NCBI GenBank assembly: GCA_964035545.1
Contig: OZ037768.1
Location: 10,448,741-10,512,740, forward strand
DNA: 64,000 nt
Reading direction: 5' to 3'
Source: Bugula neritina
Lineage: Eukaryota; Animalia; Bryozoa
The notes beneath the pieces were generated by a model. That model was not told the origin of the DNA, did no database searches, and was given only the letters and a program-made list of their open reading frames with translations. Positions 34,057 through 49,000 of the stretch are shown here, one piece after another. The translations under genes and the position numbers were made by a program. How positions within the stretch are numbered: the stretch's first letter is position 1; each line of letters starts with the position of its first letter.

Positions 34057-37000
34057 CTAAAGATACAAGCTCGCGGCAAACACAATGTCTCGTTTTATTT
34101 GACGAATTCCTTCGGCAAATTTATTTTCAAGGTCTGTGTTTCCAATGGCTTTGGCAGCCTGACAGAGTTGCCTCAATGTCTCCTCAAGTTGCCTCATGCA
34201 CCTTATTATACTCCCCTCAAATATGTCGGTCATCTTGCAAATTTGAGCAAATGTATGACCTTTACACCAGGCGCTGACCACATCCATCATGCCCGGTACA
34301 AACTTCTGCACGTATTCGTCTTCATCGATGTCTAGCTTAGCCTCTTTGCTAACCTTAAAACCAAGTTTAGACTATACTGAATATGCTGAGCTGTTTACAA
34401 ATTGGCAGTGTTACATGTATACAAAAACTGGGCCACGGAGTCATAGCATTCTAGCTATATACGTACTAACACACAAGATGATACCTTCTTTGTAGAAGAC
34501 ATCAAAAGTACATCAACACAAGTATTCTCTAAACTCTTTACAATATTGAACTACTAATAGCCATTATATAAACCAGCTACAGATGTAAAGCCTTACTGAA
34601 AGCTGTAAAACACACAGTACATTGAAAACATGTCCAAGTACTGACTAGATTACCTTAGCGATTCGCCGGGCAGTGTCCTGCATGATTCTGAGAGGTCCCG
34701 AGAGCTCAGCACTCAGTTTGGTCGCCTCACCACTCGTCTTCTCCTCAAAGACAAAACAGCTCACAAGTGCACACACCTAGAAATATGCAGCCAAGTCTAA
34801 GTTATACAAGAAGAAATAAACTAACCACTTTCTAATTAGCATTGGAGTTCCTCAAGCAACCGATTTTCTTGAGTAATTGTAGTGCCCAGTGGATCTGAGC
34901 TGCAAACAGTTTACACAACATTATAATGTAAGCGTGTTGGTGGCAGAAATTTAATGCAGAAAAATCTCGCTAAAAATTACATTAGTCTATCAAAATAAAT
35001 CCCTCAATATACTTGTTATAGCTTGTTTTTAATGATGTGAATTACTTAAGATTGCATTTAACTTTTCGTACAAACATTCACACCACAATGAGTTACATGT
35101 TGAGTGAAATGTAAACAACTAACGGACTGATCTGGCTGTCGTTTCATCTCTAAACATGATAGGAATGGAACTCTGTGTTTCTTTAACAAAAATATAATAT
35201 ACAACTAATTTCTAAATGCTTCCATCATTTTAAGAATAATCAAAAGGCTTTCACATTCCTAAAGCAGTAAATCACAACAAAACACACTCCAGAGTTACCT
35301 CCCTAATTTACTTGATATTCACTGCAGATGAGTGAGCACGTTCTGCTGTGATTGTACACCAATGAAGCGTTACACAGATTGGTCTAAGCTTGCATATTTT
35401 GGATGCAAGAAGAAAGAACAGCCTCTCCAGAACATGGTAAGTGGATAGCTGGATACTGGTTACACCAGAACAACTTGAGTGTGGTTATATCAGAACAGAA
35501 TTGACAAGTGACTCTCACCTGAGGCACCTCAAGATCGTTGAAGACGCCATTAAATAAAAGCTCTGTCAGCAATAGTTCGTCGGCAGCACTTATCTCGCAG
35601 GCAACCCTCCCCTTCAACTCAATAGCGTCTGATGCACTTGCATATCCCAGACGACGCAAAACCCGTTTCCGACATTTCAGCTCATCCATTTGCAATAAAG
35701 ACCGCTTCTTCTTCAGCTCAGTCTGCCAGAGATTACATGCATTGCATGATCAGAGTGCCAATATTATGTACAAGGAGGCAGAACTCAATGAAAGATTAAC
35801 AGAGACAAAAAATTGGAAGCATTGTAAATTTGTATATTTTTTGCAAAATTGAACCCATCAGTCGGTTGTGAGAGAGTTTCAATGTTGGGAATCTGTTCGT
35901 AGATTAAATGTTGGACCAAATTTTAACACATAATTTAAAATAAAGTAAATTACAAGTTAAACCAGTGTATGAGACCCATCATTTCCAGATATGGCTAATT
36001 GAGAACTAATACGAGTCCGCTACCCTAAGATAAACATACTTTGAGTGATTTGATTTCCCCTGCTACTTTTTGCTTCTCTGTGTATATTGAAAGCATCTGA
36101 GGCAGATTGGGGTTTGAGTGTAGCTCGTGAGTTTCCATCCTAGATAGGTTAACATACGACACTTGATAATTCACAAAGAACCAAGATACTAAAAGACAAG
36201 AATACACTGGCAGAAGCTCAGAAAATCAACTGCTAAGGAAAAGATAAACAAACTATAGCTTTTAACCTTTCTTCAAACGCTTCAATTTTTTGCACAATGT
36301 CTTTCAGCTGTGGATCCTTTATACCCATATCTTTAATAGGGTCGAGTAAGGGGAGGCCAGCCGGGAACCTCTTTTCCACTTCCTGTATAGATTTGAGAAC
36401 ACTTTGGCGATTGTCTCTGGACTTCATATCACTTGGCAGGTACAACCTGACAGCCGAGATCTTTCGTATTACAGAAAGCAGGACAGGAACCACCTGTTAC
36501 AATATAAACATATAATCATGCAGCTACTGCAGAGACCTAGTGTAGAAAACAACATTTACTATAGAAAGCAGAAGATTGTAAGACTACCTATTCTAATTAA
36601 GCACTACTTGCATATTACAAAAACCGATATACCACCAATAAACAGCTGGTGTTAGTGGCACCACATGTGGGAACTGTAGACCAAATTGGTAAATAAATTC
36701 TTAAATGGTGATTTCCACTCACCAGATCAAAACAAGAATACGCAACACGTTTCCATACATCTGGTAATCCAATCAAGTAGTCGAGTCACATACCTGCATT
36801 TCTCCAAGGTGAGGTGCTTCAGGTGGAGATATCATGAATATGTCTTTGCTTTTAGCCGCCTCTTTACAAACATTCATTAGAACTTCTACTGTATAGTCAA
36901 TTGTCTCCTCCTGATGGTATTTATCTTTTTTCACTGCTTTGTGAAAATTGACCACAGCTGCCCAGCCAAATGTCTTTTCATTGTGTTTTATATACAATAA

Positions 37001-40000
37001 CCTAAAAATCACAGAGTGAATAATTTAGAATATCTCACCACGAAACACCAGAATTATAAACTATGGGGACAACTTCAAACAAATGTTAGCAGCAAACTTC
37101 GCCACAATTTCATTAAAAAACAAATAAACGGTTCAGCTGCTAAAATCTTTTGGTATTCATTAATAATATTGTAAAATCATATTAAAATGTAGGACAACTC
37201 CTAATTAAGAATACATGTGCTTCAGAATAGAAAGTTGTTATCAGCAAACTAAATATAACAAAATGCACGACAGTGTAGCTGTATACCAGCATACCTTCCA
37301 GGTTGCAAAAACGAGAGCAAATATTTTGGTTTGTGAATAAACTTCAGGAGAGATTCGCTGAGATTATCTAGCTGCTCTCTTATCTTGTAGTAGGAGAACA
37401 GGAGTTCCTCCCTCTCTACCTGCAACATATTGAGTAATCACTCAGCACACACCAACAGCACACACACGGCTAGTTGCTAGTTGCGTTACAACATTGTTAC
37501 ACTGTACTTAGATGTATAATTAGTATAATATAGAAGTAAACTATATAGTTACATGTTACATATGATCTACCAGTACAATGACTGAGGCTTTGTACAAAAC
37601 TGTGTTTGATCCATCAATCACTAAGGCATGGATATCTTATGATATGTGAACATGTATTTCTTATTAAACTACTGATATATAATGCTACGGGTACTAGAGT
37701 CTTTACCTTAATATTGTTGTGCTCAGTTTCTAAAGCCTTAAGTTTGTCTGTTAAGCCAGGCAAACTGGAATAATTCTGGAATTGATAGAAGGATCGTTCT
37801 AACATGTATTCAGGATTAATTTCTTCGACTCTCAACAGGTTTAGCACCTAAAGATAAAAGAGGAAATAGAGGATACACTTTTTGTGTGGAGAATACTACA
37901 GTAGTTTAGTATAGGCAGATAGTAGCATAGGAGTACATAGTAAAAGGGGTAAAGCCTTGGAACATACCATATTATATGTGAGACGAAAAGCTGAATTTAG
38001 AGGATCAGCTTTTCCTTGGAGAATGAGTTTGGCAGTGGCTGGACTCATTCGGTCGTCTATCATCTGTATAACTATGCCTGAGAAGAGTATGCAATAGCAA
38101 GTCAACACAACATTATCTTCACATTTCTGTAAATTAAAAAAACTCATTTGCTTCCTTTTAGACTTGGGAACGAAAACAGAGTAAAATAATTTTTTCCCAA
38201 ATACAACTGTGCTCAAACTAAATGTGACTGCTTAAGCATGAGTGACTATTTTGACTATATTCTATATTGGACTGTACTTGGCTTTCAGGTGAAGAGAGAA
38301 TGTAATGCACACACCTCTGTCATCAAGACCACGCCTCCCAGCTCGCCCGCTCATTTGAATATACTCTCCCGACGACACCCATCTATAGTCTTGACCATCA
38401 AACTTCCTAGCACTTGTAAACACCACCTGTAACATGCCAATACTGTACATTCAATACGCCGACATTTATGAATAAAATATTTTCACTATAAATTATCACA
38501 AAAGTAAAATGTTTCAACATATTCAGGACGTACGGTTCTGGCAGGCATGTTTAGTCCCATAGAAAATGTTTCTGTAGCAAATAGAGCTTTGATTAGGCCT
38601 TCAGCAAAGAGAATTTCTATGGTTTCCTTAAGTAGAGGCAAGAGACCAGAGTGATGAATGCCGATACCTAAAAAGAGTAGAAAAGTTATGATGATATTAT
38701 AATCTTTACAAAAGATTCTAGGTGCACTATTTGTATTATTGAAGGAATAAGTACAATGTGAACTAATCCACTCACAATAAAAAATAAAAACATAGAAAAT
38801 AAAGCATTGGGATGAAATAAAATTTAGTAAATCTATAAACTTGTGGCAGACATAATCCACTAGGCAGATGCTTAGAGACTTATACACACACCTTTCTTGA
38901 GAAGTGGTAAAACATGCTCTACATAGGGTAACTTCTTATCTTCATCTGATAGCGTGTCTATAGCATTGTTGAATACCTCTTCAACCAATGCTTTTTCTTC
39001 CTAAACACAATTGAATATTTAAAATGTTTATGAAAACCCTACATCCAGCATTGCACTACACCTGGCAAAATAATAACAGGATTGAAAATACTCTTGAAAA
39101 ATACAAGTTTAAAAACAGTAACAGGGTTGAGTTGCTTCTACCATAAAAAGTAATAATGAAGGAAAACAGGTGACTGTAATATGCAGGCACAATAAGCAAA
39201 AGGTAATATGAATTGTGCTAAGAAATGGAAAATTTAATAAGAAAAGACAATGGATAGGACTCACTTTAGTATTAAACTCTATTTTCGCCATCTGCAGAGC
39301 GTAAGCTTCACAATCTTTCTTACTGAAGCTGAACACAATGACGGGGGCAAAATTACGCTCCATAATCATCTTGATGATCCTAAAGCAGTTGGTTTCTCCT
39401 TTGAACCCACCTTTCCTTCCCTTAGCTTCACCTAAAGTGTTGTAGACATAGTTTCTGTGATAAAGATGTGTTGGCTGTAGAAATATTGCAAATGCTACAA
39501 GCCCAATAGTCACATAATTTACAAGTATGGACAGTTGGTGACAAGATTTCAATTATTCCAATAAAATGAACCATAACAGTGCTTGATTCTCTATTTTACA
39601 TCAACTACACAGTTTTTCAAACACTTTCAACTTACATAGAAATATATGGAGATTTAAATAAAATCCAGTTCGTACACAAAAACTCATAAGCTCTGAAATC
39701 TAAAGAAAAACCAATTTCCGAAATTATGAATCATCAAAACCCATTCAACCTTTAGAGGCATCGCCAACATTCAGCAAAGACGCCATTGCTGTGTTAAAGT
39801 TCTGTTCTCTGAAGTTTCCTTGCTCATCAACAACAAGGTGAAGGCCATCGCCGCCAGCTGGGTATATGTAGTGCTGCAGGGGAGTAGGTCTGTAGTCAGT
39901 GTACACAACGTGACACGGTTGGTGGTGCAGATGGGCCACCCATTCAGCAAACTGTAATTGATCAACAATCAAATAGATGCTAACTTTGAAGCAACTGGAT

Positions 40001-42405
40001 AACTAGTTAGATGCATTATTGAAAATACAACTAGAGAGCGGCTGTGGTCTAGGGGTTAAAGCATTTGCCTAGTAAGCATGAAGTCATGGGTTCGAGCCCG
40101 ACAAAGGCCATTGGTGATGTTAGGAAGAGCATCCAGTCATAATTGTTCTTGCGCCCCATCTGAATAAGTCCTTAACCCTATTTAACAAAAAAACCCTTCC
40201 ATCAGGGGTTTTCTCACAGGTATGGTGACTATAAACTTGCCTGAGTTTTTTTTATTGAAAACACAACTATTCACAATTTCCTCTCACCTGAGTAGCGTTG
40301 GGAATGGTAGCGGAGAGAAAGACGTAATGCACATTATCAGGAAGCAAGATTATCGTTTCCTCCCACACAACACCTCTGTCTTTGTCTCTCATGTAATGAA
40401 TCTCGTCAAATATAACCCATGCAACCTCCCTCATGATCTCAGACCCTCTATACAACATACTACAAACACAGAGAAGATTAAATAAATACTAGAGTATGTG
40501 CCAACGATTGGCTATAGCAGTTTTAATTTCAGCAGCAGAATACAAATAGCATGAAACCGATATCAAAAATATATAATATATATAATATTGATATGCAGAA
40601 ATGAAATATAGCCTGATAGTAAGATAACATTTCATAACATTCATCATAAAAAGAAGTTTTTGTTGTATAACAATTGCTATATCATTGCAATAAAAGCAAG
40701 CAAATTTAGAAACTTTTCAATACAGGAAACCCAACTGCAGCAACACAGCTTCTTTAGATGTTGAAAAGGCTCGGCAGCTACCGATACGGGGTAATTTAAT
40801 GTTTATAAATTGCAAAAGACAAAAGATGGCCCCAAGAGATGTTCACAGGATATTTCTGGCCTCTTTTGTCATAAAATAACTCTATAGTGCAATCTAGACT
40901 AAATCTTGGGTTGTCTAACAGTAAAAGAAGTGAAGACACATAACTTTGATACTTAATCATTCCCTTACAACAAACTCAGAATATTTGGCAAATACAATTG
41001 ACGAATAGTCAAACCTTCTAAGAATTTCGGTGGTCATGACCAAGCAGGACGCACTCGGGTTGATGGTCACGTCGCCCGTCATTAGACCGACATCACCAAA
41101 CTCTTCTGACAATTCTCTAAACTTCTGATTACTAAGAGCCTACAGCAGTACAGCCTTGTTATTAGCGAGTGGTGGAAGTATAACGTGAAGAGAGAAAGCG
41201 GCACAACTGATAAGTACAAAACAGTACACATTAATGGAGACAAGAGATAGCTTAGTTCTCAAGTAGAACATAAAATGCACCACTTAAAAATCATCATAAA
41301 CAACATGACTTGGTTGATATTTTTTATCTTGTGAATATTTCCAATAGTATACTAGTATATCATTGAAACCATGTGACAATAGCTAACTTTTATAATAGCT
41401 GCTGCAAATTTTATATTAATGTAATAAATTTTTGAAAAAGCCGTTTTGCAGTATATTTTGCCCTTAAATTTCAAACAGCATATTTCTGAATATGTAATTG
41501 AAAAATTAAAAAAATGTTAAAATAACAGAAAAATTTAAAAGCATGTATTAAAAATCAAAGATATATTCCAGTATTTTCATAAATAGAAAGTTACGCTTAA
41601 ATACCTCACCATTTATTCCGAACGTATCTTAAGACACTAAAAGCTTTCACAGGGTGGTATGTGTATTTAAGACAGTAACATGAAAAAGAAATGATATACC
41701 TTAATAGGGGATGTATAGATTACTCTTTGCTTAGCTTTTAAAGACATTGCGATAGCATACAATGCAACCACAGTCTTTCCAGCCGATGTGTGAGCAGAAA
41801 CCAGCACCTGCAAAATGCAATGAGAAATAAGAACGGCAGAAGACTATTGAAGTGCTAGTTATTTCACTTGACAGACTGTATCATATCTCCACATTATACT
41901 TACTGATTCAGTGTTTTCTAAGCATAGAATAGACTCTTTCTGAAATGGATCCAATATAAAAGGGTATTCTTTAACTGGCGGTCCTGTGACAGCTTTCAGT
42001 GGTTTATACTCCATATCTGGAGGTAATGCTACTTCATGAGTGCAAGATTCCAATGTGTCAATTTGATGAACTTGCAGTCTAGGCAAATGGTCCATCAACC
42101 TGTGCAATATAAATGTGACGACTCAAAATGAATCTTCATTAAATGCCTATATAAGTGTTTTGACTGACATTAAATATATAGGTAAGCTCTTACCGCAGTT
42201 CATCTACTATAGCCATTTTAAGTTTTTTTGTTTCTTCGCCATGACTTTCCTTAGCTTCTACTCGCCTTCGTTTCAACACTTCAGTAAAAGACTGCTCTTC
42301 GTTGGGTGTTTGTTTAGCTGGTGGTGAAGCGTGTGCAAAAGCCACAGGCTCTGAAGGAGTTTCTGAGTCTCCAAAAACATTGAACAGCTCATCCACGTCA
42401 GCCAT
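34057..42405 (-). CDS. MTREX: Exosome RNA helicase MTR4 (SKIV2L2), about 19 exons
   Basis: [77 protein letters not shown] and C-terminal [13 protein letters not shown], across GT-AG exons. Confidence 0.97.
40036..40245 (+). mobile_element. tRNA-derived SINE in an MTR4 intron
   Basis: A box TGGTCTAGGGGTTAA, B box GGTTCGAGCCC at 40089, a non-tRNA body repeated elsewhere in the window, and a T-run end. Confidence 0.8.
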
Positions 42406-43128
42406 GACAGCTACTCTTTAGCTGCTAACAAATATTATTTGAAACCTAACTTTCTGAAGTCTCGGTGCTTTGTAACAATCATATTTAATGATGTAGGTTT
42501 ATTTGTCTACAAAAATTACATTACTAAAAAAACAAAATATAAAACATGTACAACTTGGTTTACATAAAAAGAAATTTATAAAAAAATAAAATGGTAAAAG
42601 CTTGCAAATTTTCCCACTAATACTAAATCTTATGTGTAGATACAAGAACTCAAATTGTTAAAGGAATTATTATAGAAACCAGCTTTCACGTGAAGGTCAG
42701 TTACAGTGACAAATCCTAGCATTTTTATTTTTTCCTCTTTTCACCCAGTATTCACCAGGAACAGCTATATCATTGATAATTGTATGAATAATTGTTGCTG
42801 AAAACTATTGGTAAACAAACACAATGACAATATCAAGCTCCTTAGCCTTGGTGAATCTGTTGATGTTGGTATGTATATAGAAAATTAAAATACGATACAA
42901 TTTATACTCACATTGCTACGTGTCATTAGATTACTATTATTATTATAAATATTATTTATTAACTTAAGTTTACAATAAAAGTAAGTGCCAAGAAGTAAGA
43001 AATCTTAACACAAAACTGAAAACAGTTGCGAAGGTCAAGGCAAAAATGCAAAATTAGTATTACTATTAGTATCAGTATGAGCATGACTACTACTGTCTAC
43101 TGAGTAATACCCACTAATACTAATAGTA

Positions 43129-43819
43129 GGTACATCAAGTATCCTTTAGCCCCGCCTACTTTCGCAAAATCGAGTGGCATCGATAGCCCGAGCAAAATCT
43201 GGAAAGCGTACAGTGCAGAAAACCTGTTTAGACCTCTTTTTGATTTGCTAATAACTTTTAGTATAGTTCATGCAGAGAAAATTTGAAGATATCATTGTGT
43301 AGCAGAGCCTTTTATTAAACTGATTTTATGATCACGAACCCCTTCAAATCCTCTGCTCCTTGTAGTAAGTAGTGTTGAAGTATAGTAAAAATCCATGTTT
43401 TTCAATCGATAATCTAAGTTATAATTTGTGACAGATATGCAAAATGAATATATTTTAATACCATCTCTAAAGGTTTTCTATCAATTGAAGTATTAATATG
43501 ATGATATAATGTTTTAGCTATTTAGTTATAATGATTTAAGTCGAAGGCTATGCTCGAGATTTGTAGATTTTTGAAATAGCCATTACGCTATTGTTGCTAA
43601 ACGCATGAAAATAAGTGGGTTTGCTAAAGCATTCATGGCGTGAAGATTTAATTGCTCGGGTATCTGGTTGAACGTCATAAATTTACAAGTTAATATCTGC
43701 ACTTGTAGTTGATCTTGCCTGTTGAGAGTGCATTGAAGCTCACTCAAATTTTCTTGTCTAGCGATCTAACCTAATATTAAACTGTAAAGCGTGACTTGAA
43801 AATTATCATTTGATGTACC
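43129..43819. mobile_element. MITE with TA flanks
   Basis: TA-GGTACATCAA...TTGATGTACC-TA terminal inverted repeat. Confidence 0.65.
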
Positions 43820-44240
43820 TACTAATAGTAATATTGTTACTATTAGTATTACTATACAGACTCAATAGTATTATACTATTACTATTACTATTAGAGTATT
43901 AGTATTACTATTAGTATAAATGTATTACTAATAGTAATACTAATAGTAATACTAATGCTAATAGTAGCTAAATACGAAGAGTACCTAAGTCTAATAAGTA
44001 TAACTTAAAAATAATATTAATAAGTAATAGTATTACTATTACTGTATTAGACTAATAGTAATACTAATACTAATAGTATTAGTAAAGTATTACTCATTTA
44101 ATGAGTCATTTTGATTTAGTTTTAGTTATTTACAATTACTCATTACTGTAAGTGTATTAGTATTACTATTACTATTACTATTAGTAATAGTATTACTATT
44201 AGTATTAGTATAAGTATAACTATTAGTATTACATAGAATA
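43820..44240. repeat. AT-rich simple repeat (TACTAT/TAATAG)
   Basis: Degenerate hexamer repeats like those at 24990-26030. Confidence 0.8.
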
Positions 44241-44598
44241 TCAATCTCGATATGCAATATTTATGAATATATCTATTTTATTAAAATTAATCTTAAATCA
44301 CTATGATTAAAATGATTTCTTGAGACGTGCACAATAAATATAAGTTTTAGCCCATATTATTATAGCTATATGAATATGAATTCCGATACAACTAATGATA
44401 ACGATATATTAAAATTTTCACGCTTTCTGTCGGAAACTACCAACATTAGGGAACGTCATCCGCAAAGAATTCACACCGCACCAAAGTTTTACTATTTTTC
44501 ACTTTAATATTTAATTTATTTTTGTCATAATTTTTTAATTAGATTAAAATATTTTTAGCATCTTTTAACTTCTTCCATAATATTTTGCAACAAGTCTC

Positions 44599-44611
44599 AG
44601 GTCATTGCCCT
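44599..44611. promoter_or_regulatory. IR1 ecdysone-response-element-like site in the presumed EcR promoter region
   Basis: AGGTCA-T-TGCCCT, one mismatch from AGGTCAnTGACCT, upstream of a strong donor (ggct|GTAAGT near 44749). Confidence 0.55.
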
Positions 44612-45629
44612 TTAGCCTCAAATTGTTTGATGAGCTTATCAAAAGGCTTGACTAGTCAGCCAGACGTTAATTGATTTGGACCTCTCAAACGTTTTGGTTA
44701 GAAAATTCCCTGGCGAGAAGTGAAGGACAGGACAACGACCTGTAGGCTGTAAGTGAAGCTTTGGCTCTATTAAATTTTATTACTTTTGTATTTATATTGT
44801 TGATTTGAAGCATATCCATATTGATGTTGTGCAATAACTAGTAATTATAAATATTAGCTCAACTTATCACTACCAGGTTGAGGTTCACCGTTCGGTTCAG
44901 GTTAGAACTTTAGAATCCAAGTTCCCAGCTGCTCAGCCTCAGGCTCATGACTCATCTCAATCTCAATCTGTGCATTTACTTGTAGTTTTAGTTCACAGCT
45001 AATGCTATCACAAACTGACAAAGCTATATTTGTGCCAAAATCTATGATTTCATAACTCCAATCACAGCAGAACCATAAAATAAAAATATTATAATTATAC
45101 TATTATAGTTTTAATATTAATCCTACATATTAATATTGAATTTGATATTCATATTGATATTTGATATTGATTATGATATTCGGATCCATAATCATTAATA
45201 ATGATGCTAATATAAATCTGATAATGATGATCATCACGACACTCACACTAATCATGATGAATAGTTTTAAACAAACATTACATACATAAATTATGACAAT
45301 CATAACTGATCAAGTTTAACTCAATCATAATCATAATGGTCATCATACTCATAGTGATGATGATAATGATAATCATAATCATAATGGATATAATATTATT
45401 CAACCTTAAGTTTATAGCCATTTTGATATTAAATTTGATATATCTAATAGCATCACTACTAACATTAACATTATGATTATCATATTCATACTCATATCGA
45501 CAAAAATTATATTGATATTCATAATGATATTCATTATCATATTTTTGTGATTGTTCATATTTATATTCAATATCAAGTAATCAAGTTCACACTAGGAAAT
45601 TCCCCAAAAAATGTTGAAATTCTCGCATA

Positions 45630-46015
45630 TAAAACTCTGTGTAGACTTCTCCTGGAATATACTGCTGAGGTATGGGGCCCCGTGCAATAAGAATATGATA
45701 ACAAAATTAGAAGGTACTCAAAATGGGGCTGTACGGTTCATTAAAAATTTAAAGGGTAGAGAAATATCAGTAACAAATGCCAAAATTGACCTAGGCCTAG
45801 AAACCTTAAGAAAGCGTAGACAGTCACAGAGAATTCCTTAATTGTGCTGTATTACTGCTAATGAGGATTTATTTCCAATCCTAAATAACACTCTTTCATC
45901 TATGAAATCCTCCACTCATAACATGAATACCCGTATTAACGCCTTCAATGCTATAGCCTGCGATTCCAGCCTGTACCTGCAGGGTTTCCTGTTGCACACT
46001 GTCCCGGAGTTAGTA
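45630..46015 (+). mobile_element. Decayed LINE 3' fragment (ORF2 C-terminus)
   Basis: LLEYTAEVW...KLEGTQNGAVRFIKNLKGRE.SVT...LGLETLRKRR, related to the LINE at 14655-20650. Confidence 0.75.
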
Positions 46016-49000
46016 GTAGGTGTAGTAATGAGTATAAGTTATTATTATAGTTATTATTGCTATTAATATTCAAGGTCATTGTTCTTATTATTATTATTGT
46101 AGTTTATATTATTAGCAAACATGAGATTTACTGATTCTATTTTGCAAAGGTGTCATTTATAATTTGAGCTAAATGATACTTACATAAAAGGCGTTTTTGA
46201 CACTTCTGTTTGTTGCCTTATATTGTGAAATATCTTTCTGCAGTATCCCGTAACTTTTTGGTTAGATTCAGTCAATTTTATAATTTTAAACACATCCCAA
46301 AATAAACTTTTAAAATTTCCTTGTTCATCTCACAATGAACCATTGTTTTACTAATTGTTTGGTTTATTTGTTTTGCAAATATTGCAACATACTTCATTTC
46401 GTGAAAATAAATGTTAGTGAATTGATCAGCTGAGTTGCTTTGTTTGCACATATTTGAGTACACAACTAGATTTGTACACCAGAAGTATTTTCAGATTTTC
46501 TAAAACAGTTTTTATTTCATTTGGAATTGCTAATTTGGAAACTAATTTGAGATTCGTTGAGTAAAAGTACTATTAGTATGAATGCTGTATTTGGTATTGA
46601 TTACTGGTGTTCTTTTTTCACAAAGTTTAGCAGCTACAGTTCAAAAGATACAGTGCGTGTTTAAAATAATTTATTTAGTATTAATTTATGATGCAAAGAG
46701 TGTGCAGTTTCATTTTTTTTACTTGTTTGTAAGCTTTTTTATAATTTTATATAATTGGCTTCAAAGGTTTCTGCTAACTGAATGGAAACTTTTATAAACT
46801 ATTTAAGTTTAAAATACATCTTTAAAGGAAAAGTGTAAATGCAGCTATAAATAAAAATATTTTCATAATTGCAAAGCATCAAGTTATGAAACTAAAAGCT
46901 TAAGAAGCAATCAAATACGTAATGCAAAACTTTGTAAAAAAGTTTTAAACTTTTGTGTTTTATATTTGTCTAAACCGGATTATTAGTATTTTAATAAAAA
47001 ATTTTAATTTGATTGTGCCTGTTTGCTCTGGTTTCTGTAAGCAGAGGTAAAATTTTATAAATGTACGGAAAATCATTTTATAAAAAGTTTGACCTGCTAT
47101 TGCGAGTTTGACCTGCTATTGCTGGCCCATGTTATGTTTGCGATTGCCTTGTTTTCTTCAAAAAATGTACCAGTTTTTTTCTGCAATCTTTTTGCTGACT
47201 AGGGTTATGCTCTGTATACCGCCACTACTTTCCAATCAGTGATGTTACGGCTGACCCACTGAAATCTATAGTGTATTAGGAAAAAATAAATTGTCATAGG
47301 ACTGTACCAGTAGTGGCAAAGTGGTGTGGGTTTTTTTACTGATGTTAAGTGTTTTATTCAAAACTACAGTAATTGTAGCTCGAAAAATATAAATGTTACA
47401 GGTGGAAAAATGTACATATATTAGTAAAAACCCAAAGATAATAATTGATAATATATAATAATAAATAGGATAGTATTTAACTTACAAATTTTAACTCACT
47501 TGGGAGATTAGGTCCTCACTAACAAGTCTAATAAAAAGAATATGTAGAGTAAAATATGTGAAGTAAAATATGTGGAATATGTTAGAGCTGTTGTTTCTGA
47601 ATTCAAAGAAAATTCAACAAAACAGTATAATAAGAGAGGCAAACTATAGAAAAGCTATACTGGTAGCAAAAACAGCTAATAGCACTAAAAAAATTAAAAA
47701 AAGAACACGGTTCATTTGTAATATACCAATACAATAACCAATACTGTCGCATCTTCACAGTTGGTAACCTGGTTTTTCTACAACGACATTGGATGCGGAA
47801 ATAGTTGAATGTTTTCTAATGTATTTTTGTTGTCTGCACTGTACTGTAGGTGACTATCAAAAGTTTCAGACACTTTGCCGCCTGGCGTTGTTATATTTTT
47901 GCAGACTTTTGAGCCCAGGTAAATGGAATTTTGTGCAGCTTCAATGACCTTTCTATTAGTCCTTAGTATTGAGTCAGCATTTTTCTTTAACCAAGTACTT
48001 TAGTTTGATTTATTTTTGCAAGCTTTATAGAAAAGATTCAAAGTGTCTTCGGGCGTTTACCTGAGTGCATAATGTTGTCCAGTGCTGAACATTATTTTAC
48101 ATATTACTAAAACAGCTGCAAAAAGCTATATTGATTTATTGAAATATTGAAAAAGTTTTGAGTGTGTTCCTCAAAAAGCAAATGGGAACCCAGTACCAAC
48201 AATAAAAATACAGTTTATATCTTAGTAGTGTTGATGGTCCAATAAAAGCTTATGTTTGGAAACTTTGGATTGCTCACAAATATCAACAAGTCACAGTATG
48301 AAATAAATATTTTGTACTTTTTTAGCTTCTTTTTTTGCTACTGATGTTTACTTTTTGAAAAATGGCAGCATATAGAAATTGTTTTGAAATTTTTTATTGC
48401 ATTCATATTATCTCGTATATCAATTTAACTGAAAAGTAGTTTGCAATAAACGAAATGTTGGGGATTAATAGCTTTCCTTTTAGGCGCCAGGAGTATCTCA
48501 CTTTGGAGTTGTTCTCTTTTCAATAAATTATGTTTGTAAAAATAATGGGAATTGTATTTTTGCCTCTGCTGTTTGGTCTAAAAAACTAATAGTATCTATT
48601 CTAATGCATGATAATTCTAATAAATCTTTTTCACCATTGCTTTTTTGTAACACATGAATAATCCTAAAACAATGCAACTCCAAACTTGATTGGTATTTAA
48701 GTGAAATTATTTTGTAAATATTGCTCACATTTTTTAATCAATATATTGAAAGAATTTGGTTGGGCAAGTTTTCAAGTGTGACATGTGACTGTTATATAAA
48801 TTATATTATTGTTTGGTGTTTCCGGTAAACATTACTCTCTGATGCATACAATTACAGTTGAGATAATTTGAAATTAAGCATCAGTGTGTTAATCTTTATA
48901 ATAATATGCACGGTGCATTAAGGTGGTTTATGAAAAGTACATATTATTGTAGAAAACGTGGACCCGTTTCCTCAATACTATTTGTTATTTTTAATGGTAC

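Noticed and set aside
40036-40110. Possible tRNA gene
   Set aside because: A and B boxes are present, but there is no good acceptor stem and the downstream body is repeated elsewhere, so it is a SINE head.
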